A DNA stretch of 64,000 nucleotides from an uncultured bacterium (GCA_938010045.1 CALLFZ010000004.1:28107-92106), one strand, 5' to 3'; counted from the stretch's first letter, positions 46,914-57,151 are shown. Notes: generated by a model from the sequence alone, not told the origin. Program-made: numbers and translations.

Positions 46914-47745
46914 TCATAGGGACAGGTCATAGGGACAGGTCATGGGGACAGGCACCTCTCTGGGCGCCGTGGGCGCTCAACAGAAGGCGATTGCCGGGTG
47001 CCTGTCCCCATCGGGCCCCTGGAGTGGCTAGGTGCCTGGCTAGGTGCCTGTCCCCAGTCCGCTACCCCCGTCCGCGATTGGTGACAGGCACATGGGGGAA
47101 GCGACACAAGGAGCTGTTTTTCAATCTACTGTGACTTCTCGCCCTGTGCCTGTCCCCAAGGGGATCGAGCCACGTCGAGCGCCGTCGCGCCCAGGTCCGC
47201 AAGCAGCGCGACTACCATCTGGCGCGCAGGGCTAGCGTGATGGTTTCCCCGGCGCTGGAGCTCCGCCGCTCCCCCGCCGGAGCGACGCATGGAAACTGGC
47301 AGGCAAGGAACAACCTAGACGTCTCCTTGGGAACAGGCACCTGGGACCGCCGTTGGGGACAGGCACCTCACGGGCTGCCGTTGGGGACAGGCACCTCACG
47401 GGCTCTGGAAGCCCCATCGGGAGTCTGATGGGGAAAAGCCCACATACTATGGACGGTTGCCAGGCGGCTGCTAGGGTTGCTTGGTGCCTATCCCCATTTG
47501 GGGGCGGCCACCCTTCGGACTCTTCGGTGCTTGTCCGCGGGCTTCGATGGGGGATAGGCACATCCGCACTCGCACATCCGCACTGCGCGATAGCCGCCTC
47601 GCGTCAGCCGCCATGGAGCCATCAATGGGGACAGGCACCTCTCTGGGCGCCGCGGGCGCGATGCCGTCCAGGGAGGGCTGGGGGGGGCGTTGGGGGGGGG
47701 CGGTGGGGGGGACGGGCACGTACGGCGGGCTGATGGGGATCGGCA
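46914..47745. repeat. repeat locus B: about 17 copies or degenerate copies of GGTGCCTGTCCCCA / TGGGGACAGGCACC, including a 26-bp tandem duplication and inverted pairs
   Basis: Tandem CGTTGGGGACAGGCACCTCACGGGCT x2 at about 47351-47402. Two copies of ATGGGGACAGGCACCTCTCTGGGCGCCG at about 46944 and 47625. Inverted pairs at 46945/46997 and 47483/47549. Confidence 0.85.
47671..47713 (+). other. G-quadruplex-prone G-tract cluster
   Basis: GGGAGGGCTGGGGGGGCGTTGGGGGGGGGCGGTGGGGGGGACGGG has at least 5 G-runs of 3 or more. It lies inside repeat locus B, ~190 nt upstream of the MATE gene. Confidence 0.5.
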
Positions 47746-47896
47746 CAAGCACACTCAAACACTCCCATCGCCATGGGCTCGACGCTCTCCGGATCGGGTT
47801 GATCTCGTCGGGAACGACGCCCTCCTCCCCCGCGGCACGCACCCGCGAAAAGGCCGCCTTGCCAGCACGTCCGCCGACACGGACGATGATGGGCGT

Positions 47897-49336
47897 ATGC
47901 GACTGCGTTGGTTCAGCGTGACTCGTCTGACGAATCGTCTCCGCGAACCGGGCGGAATCGGCGAGGTGGCGCGGGTTGCCGCGCCTTTGGCCGTCGGCAC
48001 GCTCTCGCTCACCCTGATGCAGTTCTGCGACCGCCTGTTCCTCTCGTGGCACAGCGACGCAGCCATCCGGGCGGCACTGCCGGCGGGGATTCTCTCGTTC
48101 ACCATGATGAGCGGTTTTCTGGGGCTGGTGGCCTACGGCGGGACGTTCGTCGCTCACGCTCATGGCGCGGGTGACCGGCCGCTTTGTACACGCGCCACGA
48201 GCCACGCGGTGGTGCTCGCGGTCGCGCTCTGGCCGGTGTTGCTGATGGCCCGTTCGCTCGGTCATGCGATCCTCGCGCGCAGCGATCATGGCGCTGACGT
48301 GCTGCGGCTCGAAGTCGGTTACTTCGACATTTTGATGGCCGGCGGACTCGGCCCTCTGCTCTCGCACGCGCTGGCTGGATTCTTCAGCGGCCGGGGCGAC
48401 ACGCGCACCGTGATGTGGGCGCATGTGACGGGCAATCTACTGAACATCGCGCTCGACTGGGCGCTGATCTTCGGCCGCTTGGGCCTGCCGGCGTTGGGCA
48501 TCCGCGGCGCGGCGATCGCCACCGTGTTGTCGGGGTTCGTGCCGGCCGCGATGCTCGCCGCACGCTTCATTTCGGAGGTTCAACGCCGAGAGTTCGGCCC
48601 TCTCCACGCGTTGCGGGTTGACCCGCACCTGCTGGCGCGACTGCTCCGCTTCGGGCTGCCGGCGGGCGCGCACATGTGGCTGGATCTCACTTCGTTTACG
48701 TTCTTCGTGCTCCTCACCGGCCGGTTCGGCGCCGCGGAACATGCGGCCAGCAACATCGCGCTGGCCATCAACTCGCTCGCGTTCATGCCGACGTTGGCCG
48801 TGGGTCAGGCCGCCACGATCGTCGTCGGTCAGCACCAGGGCCGTGGCCGCCCCGATCTCGCGCGGCGCGCGGGCTGGAGCGCGCTGGTGCTCGCCGTGGT
48901 CTACATGGGCACCGTCGCGCTCACGTACGTCCTGGCGCCGGACTTCTACATAGCGCTCTTCACCGATCGCGGTCCGGGAGCGGCGCCCCACGCCGAGATC
49001 GCGCCGATCGCGCGGCGTCTGCTCGGAATGCTCGCCATTTGGAGCACGGGCGACGCGGCCGACCTCGCGATCGCGGGCGCGCTCAAGGGCGCCGGTGACA
49101 CGCGGTTTGTGATGGCATTTTCGCTGATCATGGCCTACGGTGTCTTCGTGGGCGGCCTCGTCGCCATCGTCGGATGGCTCGGCGGCGGCCTTTATGCGGT
49201 GTGGGGGTGGTGCTGCGTGTACATTCTAGCTATGGGCGCGGGCTACATCATGCGATTTGTCGGCGGCCGTTGGGCAGCAATCCGTCTGCTGCCGCCCTCC
49301 GGCGACATGCGGGCCGTCGGGCAGGCGCCTCGATGA
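47897..49336 (+). CDS. MATE-family multidrug/toxin efflux transporter
   Basis: 479 aa with 12 predicted TM segments and MATE N-terminal motifs (..AAPLAVGTLSLTLMQFCDRLFLSW..). Confidence 0.8.
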   Translation: MRLRWFSVTRLTNRLREPGGIGEVARVAAPLAVGTLSLTLMQFCDRLFLSWHSDAAIRAALPAGILSFTMMSGFLGLVAYGGTFVAHAHGAGDRPLCTRATSHAVVLAVALWPVLLMARSLGHAILARSDHGADVLRLEVGYFDILMAGGLGPLLSHALAGFFSGRGDTRTVMWAHVTGNLLNIALDWALIFGRLGLPALGIRGAAIATVLSGFVPAAMLAARFISEVQRREFGPLHALRVDPHLLARLLRFGLPAGAHMWLDLTSFTFFVLLTGRFGAAEHAASNIALAINSLAFMPTLAVGQAATIVVGQHQGRGRPDLARRAGWSALVLAVVYMGTVALTYVLAPDFYIALFTDRGPGAAPHAEIAPIARRLLGMLAIWSTGDAADLAIAGALKGAGDTRFVMAFSLIMAYGVFVGGLVAIVGWLGGGLYAVWGWCCVYILAMGAGYIMRFVGGRWAAIRLLPPSGDMRAVGQAPR

Positions 49337-50262
49337 AGAGGATGCCCGCCGGCACGCAGCTGCTGCTCCTGGCGGCGGCCGTGGCGGCCGGCTGCGCTCC
49401 CCGTGCCTCGCCGCCTTCACTGGATGCGCTGCAGGGTGAGCACGCCTTCGCCGAGACCGCCGCGTTTGTCGGGCTGGGGCCGAAGGTCGCCGGCACCGAA
49501 GGCGCGGCGCGCGCGGCCGAATGGATCCGCGGCCGCCTCGAGGCGCTGGGCTGGAGTGTAGAGATCGACGAGTTCACCGAACCCGCCGCCGGCCAGCCAA
49601 CCACCTTCCGCAACGTCATCGGGCGGCGCCGCGGCGCCTCGCGCCAGATCGTGATCTTCGGCGCTCATTACGACACCAAGGACGGCATTCCGGATTTCCA
49701 GGGCGCCAACGACTCGGGCTCGGGCGTGGGCGTCGTGCTAGAGCTGGCGCGGGCCGGGGCCGGCTGGCGTTGGCCGTTCGAACCGTGGCTGGTCTTTTTT
49801 GACGGCGAGGAATGCCGCGTCACGTACGGACCGGACGACGGTCTCCACGGCAGCCGCCGGCTCGCGCGGCGGCTGGTCCGCGAAGGGCTCGACCGCCGCG
49901 TGCGGGCGGTCATCATCCTGGACATGGTCGGCGATCGCGACCTCACCTTCACGCTGCCGCGCAACAGCACGCCAGCGCTGTCGGGCGCAGTGTTGCGAGC
50001 GGCGGAACGGCTCCGGATCCGCGATCTGATCCGGCTGGCCCCCGGCGCGATCATCGACGACCACCAGCCCTTTCTCGACGCGAGCATGCCGGCGGTGGAC
50101 CTGATCGACTTTGAATACGGCTCGGCGCCAGGCCGTAACGACTACTGGCATACCCCTCAGGACACGTTGGAACGGATTTCACCGCGCAGCCTGGAGATCG
50201 CCACGCGGCTCGCGCTCGCGACCGCGCTGGAGGTCGTCTCGGCGACTCGCGAGCGCCGATGA
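49333..50262 (+). CDS. M28-family peptidase-like lipoprotein (aminopeptidase / glutaminyl-cyclase fold)
   Basis: ATGA overlap with the MATE stop. Signal peptide plus AAGCAP lipobox. M28 metal-ligand blocks ..IFGAHYDTK.., ..GANDSGSGV.. and ..LDMVG... Confidence 0.7.
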   Translation: MKRMPAGTQLLLLAAAVAAGCAPRASPPSLDALQGEHAFAETAAFVGLGPKVAGTEGAARAAEWIRGRLEALGWSVEIDEFTEPAAGQPTTFRNVIGRRRGASRQIVIFGAHYDTKDGIPDFQGANDSGSGVGVVLELARAGAGWRWPFEPWLVFFDGEECRVTYGPDDGLHGSRRLARRLVREGLDRRVRAVIILDMVGDRDLTFTLPRNSTPALSGAVLRAAERLRIRDLIRLAPGAIIDDHQPFLDASMPAVDLIDFEYGSAPGRNDYWHTPQDTLERISPRSLEIATRLALATALEVVSATRERR

Positions 50263-50338
50263 ACCGGCCGTGCGCAACAACACGGGTCGGAGGCGGCCGG
50301 CGCAACGGTGGAATCTTCGGACCACGACGCGCCCCACC

Positions 50339-51616
50339 TCAGACAATCCCCCCCAGATCCAGCAGATACATGTGCCGTCCGTCGCCGCTGTGCGCAGAGT
50401 CAATGCAGACCCACCGTCCGTCGGCGCTGCAGCGCGGATGCAGATCGCAGCGCCATTCGCGCTGGTAGGATGCGGGCGAGGGAACTCGGCCGATCACAAT
50501 CCGCCGGCCAGTGGGCGCGTGAACCACGTAGAGCGTTTGCTCGCGGCCGCGGCGCGGGTTCGGATACGTGTCACTGAGAATCCACTCGTTCCGGCGGCCG
50601 GGCACGTAGACGCAATGTCCATCCGTCCGGAGCATGCCCGGCACGCGCACCGCCTCGCGCGTGCGATCGCGGAACACCTGAAACTCCCACTCCCGCGCTT
50701 CGTCGCCCACGCCCGCGAAGGCGAGGATGTGCGCTTCGTCGCGCCAAATGAAATGCGACACCTTGCCGTTCGGAATCAGCGAATACAGGTCATGGCCCTC
50801 CGGCGAGCCGGTGACCATGCGGGTTGTCCAGGAGCGCCCCTGGGCCGGCGATCGCCACCGATGCAGGAACACAAAGCGGCGCCCGTCGGGCGAAACGAGC
50901 AGGTGGTTGGCCCAGTGTTGGGCACCGTCCGCAAAACCGTCCGCCGGCGGATCGAACCGAACAATGTCCGCGAATGAAAGAATCAGCTGCGACCGGCCGC
51001 GTTCGAGATCCACGCGCCAGATGCCTGTGTCGTCCGGCGCTGGCGACTCTGCGCGCGGATCGGGCACGCCGGCATAGCCGTAGCCAGGCCACACGTTGTT
51101 GAGCCGTCGGAACTCCGGCGCCACGGCCCAGCGACCATCGGGCACGAGGGCATAGATGGGCGCGGGAACGACCCGTTCAGCGCCGGTACGGACGTTGCGG
51201 ATGCGCGCCACGAACCGGTTGCCCTCGCGCTCGTTCCAGATCACCTCGTCGGGATGCGCGGGCCGCCATTGCAACATGCAGCCCGGCTGCCAGTTCCACG
51301 CGAGCGTCGAGCCAAGTTCGATCCAGCGGTCGGCGTCGCCGAGGTCCACCATCCCGACGGTGATGCGGTCCTCCGCCATTGGCGAGCGGTGTTCGAAGGT
51401 GACACGGTTGCCGAGGACAAATCGACCGTCCGAAGAAAACTGCTCCTTGTCGTAATACCCGAACCAGTAAAAGCCCGGCCCGCGTGGAATCGGCCGCATC
51501 GGCGCGAGCCGCTCCTCCTCGTCCGCCGCACCGCTCGCGCGCTGGCCCAACTCCGCGAACGCGATCAACCCCGCCGATCCCCGCACAAATGCCCGCCGCG
51601 TGAGACGACCGCTCAT
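50339..51616 (-). CDS. TAT-secreted oligogalacturonate lyase (PL22)-like beta-propeller protein
   Basis: TAT signal SGRLTRRAFVRGSAGLIAF. The C-terminal ..WRCDLHPRCSADGRWVCIDS.. resembles the Ogl family C-terminus. W/D-rich propeller repeats. Confidence 0.55.
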   Translation of the reverse strand: MSGRLTRRAFVRGSAGLIAFAELGQRASGAADEEERLAPMRPIPRGPGFYWFGYYDKEQFSSDGRFVLGNRVTFEHRSPMAEDRITVGMVDLGDADRWIELGSTLAWNWQPGCMLQWRPAHPDEVIWNEREGNRFVARIRNVRTGAERVVPAPIYALVPDGRWAVAPEFRRLNNVWPGYGYAGVPDPRAESPAPDDTGIWRVDLERGRSQLILSFADIVRFDPPADGFADGAQHWANHLLVSPDGRRFVFLHRWRSPAQGRSWTTRMVTGSPEGHDLYSLIPNGKVSHFIWRDEAHILAFAGVGDEAREWEFQVFRDRTREAVRVPGMLRTDGHCVYVPGRRNEWILSDTYPNPRRGREQTLYVVHAPTGRRIVIGRVPSPASYQREWRCDLHPRCSADGRWVCIDSAHSGDGRHMYLLDLGGIV

Positions 51617-51955
51617 CGGAAACCTCCGCTCCAGGGAAATACAATGAAACACCGGAGGCAATCTGCGGAACGATCCCATGGCGCCGGCACGCCTCCGCCA
51701 TCGGTTTCGGCCAGCCGCCTTCGTCCGTTCGACCTCGTTGCCATGCGGTGCCGCGTTCCGCTGGACGTGCGACTCCTCAGGGCAGGCTCGTCGCGCCAGT
51801 CCCTATGGGTCGAAAGATACATCCGCCATCATGGGATTCCGTCGCGCGCGGCTTCGTCGGGTTGTTGGCCCAGCGGAGATCGAAGGGCACAATCTTGTTC
51901 TCGCGGGCGCACCGGCGGTTGACCGAGGTCGCCGCGCGGTGTTCGATGGGATGGG

Positions 51956-53293
51956 ATGAGCACGACGAGGGACCTCGAGCCGTTGGTGGAGAGGCCGTAC
52001 GCGCGGCGTTGGCTCGAGCGCGACCTATCGGCCCTCGTCGAGCGGGGTGTCGTGCCGGAGGAAATTGCGGCTCGAATCCGCGCCGCCTATGCGGTCGCGG
52101 GCGCCGACGGTCTACCACGGTGGGGAACCGCGGTACTGGCGGTCCTGGGTGCGGCGCTGATCGGCGGGGGCCTCATTCTGCTGCTCGCGCACAACTGGCC
52201 CGCGCTCTCGCGGGCGACGCGCGCCGCCGTCGCGGTGGGGCCGCTGCTGGTGTCCTGTGCCGTGGGCGGCTGGACACTGCGGAGCGGCCGCGGGGCCGCC
52301 TGGCGCGAAGGCATCGGCGCGTTCCAGCCGCTGACGACTCTCCTCGCGCTGGCGCTGGTCGGTCAGACCTACCACCTCGGGGGCACGTTCGACGACCTCC
52401 TGCGCACATGGACGCTGCTGACGCTGCCGCTTGTTGTTGTGCTGGACGCGATCACACCGGCGCTGATGTACCTTGCCTCGTTGCTCGCCTGGACCGGCTC
52501 GCTGCCCGGCCACAGCCACGTCCGGCTCGCCGCGATCGGCGGGGTCCTCCTGTTGCTGGTGCCCTACCTCGGGTGGCTTCGGCGGGCCGGAGGCGCGCCT
52601 GCGCGAGCGCGGCTGCTGATGTGGGCGATGGGCATCGCCCTGCCGATCGCGTACGGCTTCGCACTGACGCCCTACCACGGGGCAGTGAGCGATTGGCCGC
52701 TGTGGACCACGACGGTGTTCGTGACGATGGCCCTGGTCGGCGCACGGTGGACGCCGACGAGCCGCGGGTGGGGGGCGGCGCCCTGGCGGGTGATCGGCAT
52801 GCTCGGGACGGTCGTGGTGGCGCTCCTCGGCAGCTTCCGGGACGTGTGGACGGCGTCGGGGCATGGATGGACACGCGGAGATTGGCCCGCCGCCGTGTTG
52901 CTGGCCGCGCCGATCGGCCTGGCCACGGCACTCACGCTCGAGGCGGCGCGCCGTCGGGATTGGAGCCGCGCAACACCGGCGATCGTTCTTCTGACGGCGA
53001 TCGTGGCGCGCGCGATCAGCGGACGCCGCGACGGATGGCTTCCGGCCCTCCTGTTCACGCTGGCGCTGGCTGTAGTCGGACTCCAACGGCTCGCTCAGGG
53101 CCTGCGCGAGCGCCGGCTCGGCACCGTCAATGCCGGCATGGCCGTGCTCGCCGCAGTGATCCTTGCGCGCTTCTTCGATACAGACCTGCCGTATCTCTGG
53201 CGGGGCGTCGCGTTTCTGGCGGCCGGCGTCGCAATCCTCGCGGTGAATCGGATGTGGAGCCGGCGCGCGGTGCGACGGGAGGCGGGGCCGTGA
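51956..53293 (+). CDS. polytopic membrane protein (DUF2157/DUF4401-like)
   Basis: 445 aa with a soluble N-terminal ~60 aa followed by ~10 hydrophobic segments. The downstream partner is GDYXXLXY-like. Confidence 0.5.
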   Translation: MSTTRDLEPLVERPYARRWLERDLSALVERGVVPEEIAARIRAAYAVAGADGLPRWGTAVLAVLGAALIGGGLILLLAHNWPALSRATRAAVAVGPLLVSCAVGGWTLRSGRGAAWREGIGAFQPLTTLLALALVGQTYHLGGTFDDLLRTWTLLTLPLVVVLDAITPALMYLASLLAWTGSLPGHSHVRLAAIGGVLLLLVPYLGWLRRAGGAPARARLLMWAMGIALPIAYGFALTPYHGAVSDWPLWTTTVFVTMALVGARWTPTSRGWGAAPWRVIGMLGTVVVALLGSFRDVWTASGHGWTRGDWPAAVLLAAPIGLATALTLEAARRRDWSRATPAIVLLTAIVARAISGRRDGWLPALLFTLALAVVGLQRLAQGLRERRLGTVNAGMAVLAAVILARFFDTDLPYLWRGVAFLAAGVAILAVNRMWSRRAVRREAGP

Positions 53294-53862
53294 ACGCGCA
53301 GTGGCGGCTCTGGGCGTTCCTCGCGGTCGGCGCGCTCCAGATCGCGGTGCCGTTCACGCAGATCGCCCGCCACGAACGCGTGCTCCGGCACGGCCGGCCC
53401 TACCGCTTCGTCGGCGAGCCGGTCGACCCGGCCGACGCGGTCCGCGGCCGCTACGTCGCGATTCGGCTCGCGGCCGCGACCGTCACCCAAAACTTGGACC
53501 GCGCGCTCCCGTCCCGGCCGTGGTTGGCGGCCCCGATTCAGGTCGGCGCGGACGGATTTGCGTGGTTCGGACCTCTCGCCGCCGAGCCGCCGCGCACCGG
53601 CGACTGGCTGCGCGTGCGCCACCGATGGTCGGCCAAGGACCTGATGGAGGTCGAGCCGCCGTGCGATCGCTTCTACCTGCCCGAGCCGGTGGCTCCGGAG
53701 GTCGAACGCGAATACCTCCAGGGCGTGGCCCGCCGCGGGACTGGCTCCCCGCCGGTGGTTGTCGTCCGCGTGCTCGATGGCCTCGGCGTGGTCGAGGACC
53801 TCGAACTCGGCGGCGTCCCCGTGCGCGAGTGGCTGCGGCGCCGGACGGCCCGCGAACGCTGA
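53290..53862 (+). CDS. GDYXXLXY-like domain protein
   Basis: GTGA overlap with the previous stop. One N-terminal TM segment and a degenerate GDYxxLxY motif (RGRYVAIRL). This is the C-terminal part of the long ORF 51748..53862, whose N-terminal part is spurious. Confidence 0.4.
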   Translation: MNAQWRLWAFLAVGALQIAVPFTQIARHERVLRHGRPYRFVGEPVDPADAVRGRYVAIRLAAATVTQNLDRALPSRPWLAAPIQVGADGFAWFGPLAAEPPRTGDWLRVRHRWSAKDLMEVEPPCDRFYLPEPVAPEVEREYLQGVARRGTGSPPVVVVRVLDGLGVVEDLELGGVPVREWLRRRTARER

Positions 53863-53918
53863 TTTGCCGGGGCCGCCCGCATCGCCTATGCTGAAGTTTT
53901 CGACATCGAGCATTCGCA

Positions 53919-56594
53919 ATGGACGATTTCCCGACCAAGTATGACCCGCGCCAGGTCGAACCGCGCTGGGAGGCCGAATGGTCGCGCCGCCACCTCTGGC
54001 ACGTCGAACCCGACGGCGCCCGCACGCCCTACGTGATCGTGATTCCGCCCCCGAACGTCACCGGCGTGCTGCACATGGGACATGCGCTGAACAATACGAT
54101 CCAAGACGTGCTCATCCGCTGGCAGCGCATGCGCGGCCGACTGGCGCTCTGGGTGCCCGGCACTGATCACGCCGGCATCGCAACGCAGAATGTGGTCGAA
54201 CGCGAACTGCGCCGCGAGCACAAGCGCCGCGAGGACCTCGGCCGCGAAGAATTTCTCCGGCGCGTATGGACATGGCGCGAGGAAAAGGGCGGCACGATCA
54301 TCCGCCAGCTCCACCGCCTCGGCGCCTCGTGCGACTGGGACCGCGAGCGCTTCACGATGGACGAGGGACTCAGCCGCGCGGTCGAGGAGGTTTTTATCCG
54401 GCTCTACGAGAAAGGGCTGATCTACCGCGGCGACTACATCGTCAACTGGTGCCCCCGCTGTACGACGGCGCTCTCGGATGAAGAGAGCGAGCACCGCGAG
54501 GTCCGCGGCCACCTCTACCACATCCGCTACCCACTGTCCGATGGCGGTGCGCCCGGGCACATCGTCGTCGCGACGACCCGGCCCGAGACGCTGCTCGGCG
54601 ACACGGCCGTCGCGATGCACCCTGCCGATGAACGCCACCGCGCGCTGCTCGGCCGCCGCGCCGTGCTGCCGGTCTTGGGCCGCGAGATCCCGTTCGTCGC
54701 CGACGAGGTCGTGGACCCCTCCTTCGGCACCGGTCTGGTGAAGGTCACGCCCGCACACGACCCGAACGATTTCGCGATCGCCCAACGCCATGGCCTGCCC
54801 GCCGTCAACGTGATGGACGACCACGGCGTGATGAACGAGAACGCGGGTCCCTACGCAGGGCTCGACCGGTTCGAATGCCGTCAGCGCATCCTCGCCGACC
54901 TCGAGCGCGCGGGTCGGATCGAAAAGATCGAAGACCACGTTCACGCGGTCGGCCACTGCTACCGTTGCCACACGGTTGTCGAGCCGCGACTCTCGCGCCA
55001 GTGGTTCGTGCGAATGAAGCCGCTGGCCGACCCCGCCGCCGAAGCCGTGCGCCGTGGCGAGATCCGCTTCGTGCCCGAGCGATGGACCGGCGTGTATCTG
55101 CAGTGGATGGACAACATCCGCGACTGGTGTATTTCGCGGCAGATCTGGTGGGGCCACCGCATCCCGGTGTTCACCTGCGGCCGCTGCGCCCACATGTGGG
55201 CCGCGCGCGGACGCCCCTCCACCTGCCCGGCCTGCGGCGCGGCCGATGTCACGCAAGATCCCGACGTGCTCGATACATGGTTCTCCTCGTGGCTGTGGCC
55301 CTTTAGCGTCTTCGGCTGGCCCGAGCGCACGCGCGATCTCGAGGTGTTCTATCCGACGACCACGCTCGTCACGGCTTCGGAGATCATTTTCTTCTGGGTC
55401 GCGCGGATGATCATGGCCGGCCTCGAGTTCATGGGGCGCCCGCCATTCTCGACCGTCGTGATCCACGGCACCGTCCGCGACGACATCGGCCGTAAGATGT
55501 CGAAGAGCCTCGGCAACGCGATCGATCCGCTCCAGGTAATCGAGACCACGAGCGCCGACGCGCTTCGGTCGAGCCTCATGATGCTCACCGCACTCGGGCA
55601 AGATGTGCAGATTTCCGACGCGAAGTTTGAGGTCGGCCGGAACTTCGCGACGAAGATCTGGAACGCCGCTCGGTTCGTGCACCTGCAGCGGCGCGACGCG
55701 GCGTCGCGACGGCCGCTCGCGGAGCTGGCAGGGCGGCTGGCGCCGGACGATCAGCACATCCTCGACCGCCTCGACGCCGCCCTCCGCGCCAGCGACGACG
55801 CGCTCGAGAAGTTCCGCTTCAATGACTACGCGCTGACGGCCTACGACTTCATCTGGCACGAGTACTGCGACTGGTACGTCGAATACGCGAAATTGCCGCT
55901 GCAGGGCGGCGACGCGGAGCGGCGCGCCGTAACGCTGGCCGTGTTGCACCATGTGTTGGAGACGTCGCTGCGACTGCTCCACCCCCTGATGCCGTTCCTC
56001 ACCGAGGAATTGTGGCACCGAATGGGATATGGCGGTGCGGAGGAGAGCATCGCGCACGCCCCCTGGCCGCGTCCTCTCGATGCGACGTCGCGCGCCGCGT
56101 TGCTGCCCGATCCCTCCGTGCCGGCGTACGTCGAGGACCGCCACGAGCTGATCCGCGCGGTGCGCAACCTGCGCGCAGACCTCGGGCTCACGCCCCAGGA
56201 ACCGGCCGCGCTCGTCGTGCGCCCCGCCGACGCGGCGGCCGCGGCGCGACTGACGGCGGACCGCGCTGTACTCGAGCTCTTCTGCCGGGCGCCGCAGGTG
56301 CGGGTCGAGCCGGCCTTCGTGCCGCCGCGGCCGATGCCGAGCACGGTCACGCGGCTCGGAACGGCCTTTCTCCACGTCGCGGACGTCGGCGATCTGGCCG
56401 GGCATGCCGCGAAACTGCGCGCACGGATCGCGCAGACCGAGGCCGACCTCACGCGAATCGAAGCAAAGCTCGCGAACGAGGCGTTCGTCGCGCGCGCGAA
56501 GCCCGAGGCGGTTGCACAACAACGCGCGCGCCGCGACGAGCTGCGGGCGCATCTCGAAAAACTGCGCGAGTTGGCTGCTGGGTTCGATAGTTGA
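53919..56594 (+). CDS. valS: valine--tRNA ligase
   Basis: HIGH motif (PPNVTGVLHMGHALN), KMSKS motif (KMSKSLGN), an editing domain and a C-terminal coiled coil. 891 aa. Confidence 0.95.
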   Translation: MDDFPTKYDPRQVEPRWEAEWSRRHLWHVEPDGARTPYVIVIPPPNVTGVLHMGHALNNTIQDVLIRWQRMRGRLALWVPGTDHAGIATQNVVERELRREHKRREDLGREEFLRRVWTWREEKGGTIIRQLHRLGASCDWDRERFTMDEGLSRAVEEVFIRLYEKGLIYRGDYIVNWCPRCTTALSDEESEHREVRGHLYHIRYPLSDGGAPGHIVVATTRPETLLGDTAVAMHPADERHRALLGRRAVLPVLGREIPFVADEVVDPSFGTGLVKVTPAHDPNDFAIAQRHGLPAVNVMDDHGVMNENAGPYAGLDRFECRQRILADLERAGRIEKIEDHVHAVGHCYRCHTVVEPRLSRQWFVRMKPLADPAAEAVRRGEIRFVPERWTGVYLQWMDNIRDWCISRQIWWGHRIPVFTCGRCAHMWAARGRPSTCPACGAADVTQDPDVLDTWFSSWLWPFSVFGWPERTRDLEVFYPTTTLVTASEIIFFWVARMIMAGLEFMGRPPFSTVVIHGTVRDDIGRKMSKSLGNAIDPLQVIETTSADALRSSLMMLTALGQDVQISDAKFEVGRNFATKIWNAARFVHLQRRDAASRRPLAELAGRLAPDDQHILDRLDAALRASDDALEKFRFNDYALTAYDFIWHEYCDWYVEYAKLPLQGGDAERRAVTLAVLHHVLETSLRLLHPLMPFLTEELWHRMGYGGAEESIAHAPWPRPLDATSRAALLPDPSVPAYVEDRHELIRAVRNLRADLGLTPQEPAALVVRPADAAAAARLTADRAVLELFCRAPQVRVEPAFVPPRPMPSTVTRLGTAFLHVADVGDLAGHAAKLRARIAQTEADLTRIEAKLANEAFVARAKPEAVAQQRARRDELRAHLEKLRELAAGFDS

Positions 56595-56617
56595 GCCGCG
56601 CGCGAAGGAGTTGGACC

Positions 56618-57151
56618 ATGAAGCCGGTCGCGGACGGCGGCAGGAACGCAAGGGTGTCCAAGGATGGAACCAACATCGGCCGCCGCCGTCCCGTCCGTGT
56701 ACCACGGCTCGAACGGGGCGCGGCGGCGCTGGCGGCAGCCGCGCTCGCATGCGGCTGCGGCGATTTGGGACGGCGGTACTGGACGCCGACGCCGGATCAA
56801 CTCGAGGCGGCCGAGCGGATCGCGAAGTTTCACGTCTTCACCAACCTCTCCGATCAGGCCGGACCGGCCGCGCTCGCCAAGGTGACGGTGGGACCCGACG
56901 GTCTGCCGCAGGAGTATCCGATTGCGTTCACGATTGGCGGGAGGCCCTACTCACGCTACCGGACTCGGTTCTGGGGCGGCATCACGAAGGGCCGGCGGCT
57001 GGTGCACGTCGAGTACTTCGATCCGACCGCGATTCCGGATTGGGAACGGCAGTCGGAACCGGCCGGTGAGTTCCCGGCGTTCTTCCGCGTCTCGGTGGAC
57101 GTCGCGGCGGGGCAGACCGTGTTGGATTCTCGTTCCGGCGGCTCGCGGTGA
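56618..57151 (+). CDS. hypothetical lipoprotein
   Basis: A good SD sequence (GAAGGAG) lies 7 nt upstream of the ATG. Lipobox LAACGC. Confidence 0.5.
   Translation: MKPVADGGRNARVSKDGTNIGRRRPVRVPRLERGAAALAAAALACGCGDLGRRYWTPTPDQLEAAERIAKFHVFTNLSDQAGPAALAKVTVGPDGLPQEYPIAFTIGGRPYSRYRTRFWGGITKGRRLVHVEYFDPTAIPDWERQSEPAGEFPAFFRVSVDVAAGQTVLDSRSGGSR

Noticed and set aside
36545-47680. Small peptides starting MGTGTSLGA(A/V)GA encoded three times by the extended repeat
   Set aside because: The ATG belongs to the repeat itself (ATGGGGACAGGCACC...). The downstream sequence differs completely among copies, and there is no RBS. This is a by-product of the repeat.
51748-53289. N-terminal 514 aa of the 704-aa ORF 51748..53862
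   Set aside because: It overlaps the hydrophobic, homology-plausible membrane gene 51956..53293 in another frame. Only the C-terminal part after the GTGA junction at 53290 is retained as a gene.
53886-56750. 954-aa ORF on the minus strand
   Set aside because: It is antisense to valS, which is unambiguous, and has Arg-rich low-complexity composition.
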